In this document: in pieces, positions 58,437-64,000 of the stretch
Position numbering within the stretch: the stretch's first letter is position 1
Layout of the letters: every line of letters begins with the position of its first letter
Assembly (NCBI GenBank): GCA_040285825.1
Contig: JAUPSS010000010.1
Location: 62,001 to 126,000, forward strand
Reading direction: 5' to 3'
Source of the DNA: Eukaryota sp. TZLM1-RC
Lineage: Eukaryota; Protista; Metamonada: BaSk clade
DNA: 64,000 nucleotides
Notes under the pieces: generated by a model
Databases searched by the model: none
What the model was told of the DNA's origin: nothing
Seen by the model: only the letters and a program-made list of their open reading frames with translations
Translations under genes and position numbers: made by a program

Positions 58437-61400
58437 GGTTTTTGGCTTATTTAATGTCTGTTGATCCATCAATTTTGAAAAATCATATTTTTTCTGATGT
58501 TCAACTTGGCGGTGTTGGATTCAATTCATCAAAATATTTGACCAAAGCTGCATTTATTGGTGGTGGAAAAAATTTTGTATTTGAATTCTCTAGAAGATAT
58601 CCTTTTGCCGAAAATCTTCTTGAAAATACAAATAGCCTATTCCTGGATAACTTAAGAGAAGAAATATCCAGTTTATCTCCCGACTTATGGCAATCATGTT
58701 TCCCCATATCCATTCAAGAAATTCCAGACAGAAGTTTATATTCATTAAAATTTGCGTTGAAAAAGCTCCAACGACATCTTTTGAAAAATTTTGAAAACAA
58801 GGATTTTATTGTTCGACTTAGCACGGCTAAGAAAGAAAATCCTGCTTTGCCAATTTTTTGATTGATTTGAAGGACAGTTCATCTGCAGTTTTGATAAATC
58901 AAATTCCCCAGATTTATGGTTTATTTTTGAATGACGACCAATGGACCACTGCTATGAGAATGCGTTGTTATTTATGGCCTTGTAATTTGCCCAATGATTT
59001 GTTTTGTAAATGTGGAGCTGGTTTGACATTATCACATTTATTTAATTGTAATAGATATATTTCCTATCGTTCTACGTTGCATGATGCAGTCAGAGATCAA
59101 ATCCATGCAATGTGTAATTCCTATCATATTGAATCTTTTGTAGAACCTTTGTTGAGGTCTCTTGATATAAATGAAAGCGTAAGAGATTCAGAATATGGAA
59201 AATATGGATTTTTTTTTCTCCCTCCCTTAGTCAACCCTTTCATATTTCACTTTCTGTCAAGGCGTCAAAGTCGTACTGTTTCTCTGTCAAAACGATGCCT
59301 TTGGCTGATAGTGACTCTGATACTGATTGGAACGCCCAAGCAAAGATTCTACCAGTCAGATCAAGCTCATCCATTCCACTTCCCCACTCTCCCCACAATA
59401 CAAGCTATGCTCGAAATTCATCTCAAAAAAATTTTCATTCAAAAACTGATCATTGTACCAGAAAAAACACAGAAAAACCACCATTACGTTCCTTGCGTTC
59501 TGTTGCGCGTTCTATTAACAACTCCGTTTCTCGAAATTTGTTTTCTCCAGCTGAAACTGCAAAAAGTCAAAAGTCTATTTCTACTTTTAACTCAAAAATT
59601 GACAAAATTGAAAGAACTGAAAAAATGAAACCACTGCCATTAAAAGGTTCTAAAAAATGTTCGATTTGTGGTATCAGTGGTCATAATTCGAGAACGTGCC
59701 CTGAGAAACAAAAAAGAGAATTTGAATTAAAATCTGCTCAACAAATTCTCAAATGTTCTGTTCCAGCTGTTGCCGTTGTGAAAGGTGCTGAAAATAATGT
59801 TTCTGACGATCAACAGTTAAATGCTTCTAGTGTTCCCTCTTCTTCCCCTTCTGAAAACAGTAATTTTTGTTGTCCATTTTGCAAAAAAGATGTTGCAGAT
59901 TCACGAAATGGTCGAAAACTTTTGTTTTGTACGAATTGTAAAGCCGTTGATACCGTAAGACCCCCGATCCGGATCCCAGTAGAAATAAGTCCCGCCAGCA
60001 CAATCCCCTTCTCAATGGAAATGAGAAATTTTACTTCTGAATTGAAAAATAATAAGTGGAATATTTCATCCTTCTGGAAATATTTTGCTAGAAAAAACAA
60101 AAATTGTTTTAAGAAAAAATTTGGAAATAGAAAAATTGCAAAATCAAAAATTTGCCGAAAATTGTGCTTACGTGGTCGTTATGGTGCCGCAAAGCAGTCT
60201 TTGTTTTCCTCTTCTTTGGCTGATGTAAACTCTGATACCCTTGAAAAACTCCAAAAGTTGCATCCTCATGAAAATTTCAAGTGCAGCAAGCCTGAAGTGT
60301 GTCCTTTTTGGATTGAAAATCCTATTACTGCAATTGAGGTTCTTAAAGCTATTCAAAAATTACCTAAGGGGAAAGCAGCAGGCCCATCTGGAATTTCTTT
60401 TGATCTCTTAAAAATAGCGTGTTCCAGTGCTCCCGAAATTGCTGATGATCTAGCCCACTATTTTCAACAATTAATTGTTTTGAAAATAAATCCTCCATTT
60501 GAATTGCTCGCAGCACGTCTGATTGCTTTAGTAAAGCCTGGAAACGGAATCAAACCTGATGGAATACGCCCAATTGCTGTTGGTGAATCTCTTTCTCGTT
60601 TGCTGGCATCAATTGTCTTCGATCGTGTCAAAGACAAAGCCTCTACATTTTTGAATCCTCATCAATTTGGAATCAAAACAATTGATGGTGCTTCTGTTGC
60701 TGCTATTGCCTCTGATACCTTTTTTTTAATGCAGAGGAAAATAATTTTATTTTTAATCTCGACTTTAAAAATGCTTTTAATTCTGTAAAGCGAGAAGCAA
60801 TTTTTGAAGTTATTAAATCTGATTTTCCTGAGCTATCGAGTTTTTTTCTACCATTTTTATGGTAAAGAATCAGATTTAATTTTAATTCATTTGCTCTTAA
60901 ATCATCTTCTGGTGTGAAGCAAGGTGACCCTTTAGGTCCATTATTGTTTTGTTTGGCTATTCACAAAACCTTAAATATCATTAAGCAAAAATACCCTTCT
61001 ATAAAAATAGTTGCTTATATGGATGATATATCCTTGATTGGTTCATTTGATTTACTAGAATTGGTTGCTCAAGAAATTGCCGATTCATATGAAAATATTG
61101 GGCTTCATCTTAATGCCAGCAAATGCCTTCTGATTGGCTCTTCTGCTCAAGACCTCGTGATAAACGATTCTATTGTCCCTTTTACTAATTATAGTAGTGA
61201 TGCTTTTAAGTTCCTTGGTTGTTGGTTAGGAAATGTGCCTCAAATTCAGAATGAATTGCAAGTTATTTTGGAAAAAATGAAAATTGAACTTGATTCAATT
61301 TCTTCTTTAGATATAGAAAAGCATATTAAATTTTTTATGCTTAAAATTTGCTACACTGGGAGAATAACCCACATTTTGAGATCTTGTGCTCCTTCCATAG

Positions 61401-62406
61401 CATTAGATTTTTGTCGTTCTTTTAATTCATTGAGAACAGAATTTTTTGCTGATTTATTGGATGTAGAACCAGGAATGTTGAAAAGCCATTTATTTTCTTC
61501 AGCAAATTTGGGGGGTATTGGATTTACTAAATCTTCAATTTTGTGTCAATCAGCATTCTTGGGTGGTAAATCGTATTGTTTTTACTATTTTCAAATCAAT
61601 TCCTAAAATGATTTCGAAAGCTTTAATGTCTGTCAGTGCACATTATGAAAACATTGCTGCTGTAAGGTTTGATGGTGTGGAAGCTTGTTTTGAAGATATT
61701 GACTTTTAGACTGTGGTTTTGAAAATAAATTAAAATTAAAAAAAAAATTTAGAAGCAAAGTGCATAATAACGTCAGGGACCAAATTTATGTAATGTGCAA
61801 ATCATATCGTGTAGATTCCTTTTTAGAACCGCTGTTATCAAAATTAATTCTTGATGATCCCAATATTGATAGTACGCGTTACAACAGAGCTTCTATGGGT
61901 CTGACTAGAGGTGATCTAGTTGTTCCTGGTTTAAATGGTAGTTTTACTATTTTGGACGCCATGTCTATTGACCCTTGTAATTCCTCTAACGAACATTTCA
62001 TTAACTCGGATGTAAATAATCCTCTTCTTGCAGGCGAAAAATATAAAATTGCTAAATATGCGAAACCCATTTCCTCGGTTAATGAAAATTCTCATGCCCA
62101 ATATAATTTATGTCCATTTGTTTTTTCTTTGCTTGGATCTCTAGGTAAGGCTGCTATGGCTTTCCTTGAGGATTTTGTTGTAGTTGTAAAGGAAAGAACT
62201 GGAAGAATTTTCAATCGTGTTTACTGGCAAAACAGGATTGTATTTTCTATTTTTAAAGGAATGGTAACACTAATTTCTGATTCACTATCTTCTGTTGGGA
62301 AATTTTCTGAATCTTTAGCGATTAATTGTTTTGATGTAGGGGAGGCAGGTTTTGAGGATGTGGAGTTTTAATTGTGTATTTCATATTTGTTGTTGAATAA
62401 AAATAA
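57811..62406 (+). mobile_element. Family D 3' half (57811-58436 and 61748-62406) containing A(+) 58437-61747
   Basis: TSD tttagaagcaa at 58426-58436 and 61748-61758. Confidence 0.9.
59209..61566 (+). mobile_element. Family C 5'-complete copy (ATG at 59295) through RT/thumb, 3' end deleted
   Basis: ORFs 59295..60788 and 60914..61606; joins the A tail at ggtggtaaatcg microhomology. Confidence 0.92.
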
Positions 62407-63619
62407 AGATAAAGGAACGAAATCTCATATTCAGAGTCCAAGCAGAATCGGATAAGAGAGTACCATAAACTTGTGGAATTGTTGTTACTAAGGCAGAAGA
62501 AGTACTGTCACACATATCTTGTAAAAGATTTGCAAAAGCGGGATTCTTTTTCTTGGCCAAGCCAAGTCTAACATCAAAATCCAAGCTTTCAAAAATCTTT
62601 GACAATTTTTGTTGAAGCTTTTTACAGCAAAACTGTAAATTAAATAGAGATCGGTTTGGAATTTCTTGAATTGATTGAGGAAAACATTTGGTCCAAATTT
62701 GTGGCGGTAATTTTTCAAGTTCACAAGATAACTCATACAAATAGGGACTACAATTGGGGACTAACAGATCAGAATCATCAGGAAATCTACGAGAAAATTC
62801 ATAAATAAAATTTTTGCCACCACCCAAGAATGCTGATTGACACAAAATTGAAGATTTAGCAAAACCAATACCACCCAAATTTGCTGAAGAAAATAAATGG
62901 CTTTTCAACATTCCTGGTTCTACATCCAATAAATCAGCAAAAAATTCCGTTCTCAATGAATTAAAAGAACGACAAAAATCTAATGCTATGGAAGGAGCAC
63001 AAGATCTCAAAATGTGGGTTATTCTCCCAGTGTAGCAAATTTTAAGCATGAAAAATTTAATATGCTTTTCTATATCTAAAGAAGAAATTGAATCAAGTTC
63101 AATTTTCATTTTTTCCAAAATAACTTGCAATTCATTCTGAATTTGAGGCACATTTCCTAACCAACAACCAAGGAACTTAAAAGCATCACTACTATAATTA
63201 GTAAAAGGGACAATAGAATCGTTTATCACGAGGTCTTGAGCAGAAGAGCCAATCAGAAGGCATTTGCTGGCATTAAGATGAAGCCCAATATTTTCATATG
63301 AATCGGCAATTTCTTGAGCAACCAATTCTAGTAAATCAAATGAACCAATCAAGGATATATCATCCATATAAGCAACTATTTTTATAGAAGGGTATTTTTG
63401 CTTAATGATATTTAAAGTTTTGTGAATAGCTAAACAAAACAATAATGGGCCTAAAGGATCTCCCTGCTTCACTCCAGAACTATCTTCTTTTGGGAAATTT
63501 TCTGAATCTTTAGCAATTAATTGTTTTGATGTAGGGGAGGCAGGTTTTGAGAATGTGGAGTTTTAATTGTGTATTTCATATTTGTTGTTGAATAAAAATA
63601 AGGATGACATCAAAAAAAA

Positions 63620-63990
63620 TTTTATTGATGATTTTGAAAATCTTGTGAAAAGAAGACTGAATAAGCGTTTTGATCGTCGCTTGTGGCTAAATTGTATTGT
63701 TTTTACTATTTTCAAATCAATTCCTAAAATGATTTCGAAAGCTTTGATGTCTGTCAGTGCACATTACGAAGAAATTGCTGTTGTGAGGTTTGATGGTGTG
63801 GAAGCTTGTTTTGAAGATATTGACTTTTAGACTGTAGTTTAATAATAAATTAAAACATCTACAACAAAAAAAATACAATTTGTATCCATTTGTATTTTCC
63901 CTTTTTGGTTCACTTGCACCAACTGCTTTACGTTTTTTGGATGATTTTGAAATGATTGTAAAGAGAAGAACTGGCAGAAATTTCAACAGA
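63620..63990 (+). mobile_element. Family A tail (63620-~63870) followed by a C fragment
   Basis: NFIDDFENL..ACFEDIDF*; then YNLYPFVFSLFG.. Confidence 0.87.
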
Positions 63991-64000
63991 ATTTTTTATT

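Larger units (their letters stand above)
56408..63478 (-). mobile_element. Family C copy (56408-56682, 57350-57810, 62407-63478)
   Basis: TSD agataaaggaac at 57799-57810 and 62407-62418; ORF 62381..63472. Confidence 0.9.
54525..63619 (+). mobile_element. Family D with both termini (54525-56407 and 63479-63619), host of a deep nest
   Basis: TSD actatcttctttt at 56395-56407 and 63479-63491. Confidence 0.88.

Noticed and set aside
11925-63491. Strict antisense insertion rule
   Set aside because: Several TSD-verified insertions are in the same orientation as their target (402-1324, 38065-38948, 58437-61747).
1-64000. Bacterial RT systems (group II intron, retron, DGR) or telomerase; telomeric or spliced-leader target arrays
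   Set aside because: Poly(A) tails, TSDs, 5' truncation and a C-terminal RLE indicate non-LTR retrotransposons; no tandem telomere repeats, rRNA, tRNA or repeated target gene were seen.

Overview
AT-rich eukaryotic DNA, probably from a microbial eukaryote (organism not identifiable from sequence alone). About 95% of the window is nested, mostly 5'-truncated copies of single-ORF non-LTR retrotransposons with a reverse transcriptase (RT) and a restriction-like endonuclease (RLE), most similar to the CRE/Cnl1 group. The architecture is: CX2CX4HX4C knuckle, CXXC-X12-13-CXXC motif, RT (KAxGPSG, RPIAxGE, LDFKNAFN, GVKQGDPLGP, YMDD), CxC..H..C/HDAVRD zinc motif, RxD..D..K endonuclease, very short 3' UTR with AATAAA and poly(A). 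At least six families can be told apart by their C-termini: A (..ACFEDIDF*), B (..ACIEDIEF*), C (..MDFLDVDL*), D (..AGFEDVEF*), E (..ACLEDIEF*), F (..VQFEEID), plus older relics. They insert into each other with mostly 9-15 bp target-site duplications (TSDs) and no target consensus, up to six levels deep. No copy is fully intact. Main novelties: (1) a ~670-bp non-autonomous poly(A)/TSD element unrelated to the LINE proteins, carrying its own 185-aa hydrophobic ORF with a duplicated 63-nt motif around a hypervariable segment; (2) a near-identical 5' module shared by otherwise divergent families; (3) a conserved acidic C-terminal peptide on all family proteins; (4) twin-priming structures explained by insertion at the homologous site of a same-family copy. 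One decapitated TspO-like host gene lies at 27980-28666. Coordinates were read by eye and may be off by a few bases; many frameshifts lie in homopolymers and could be sequencing errors.
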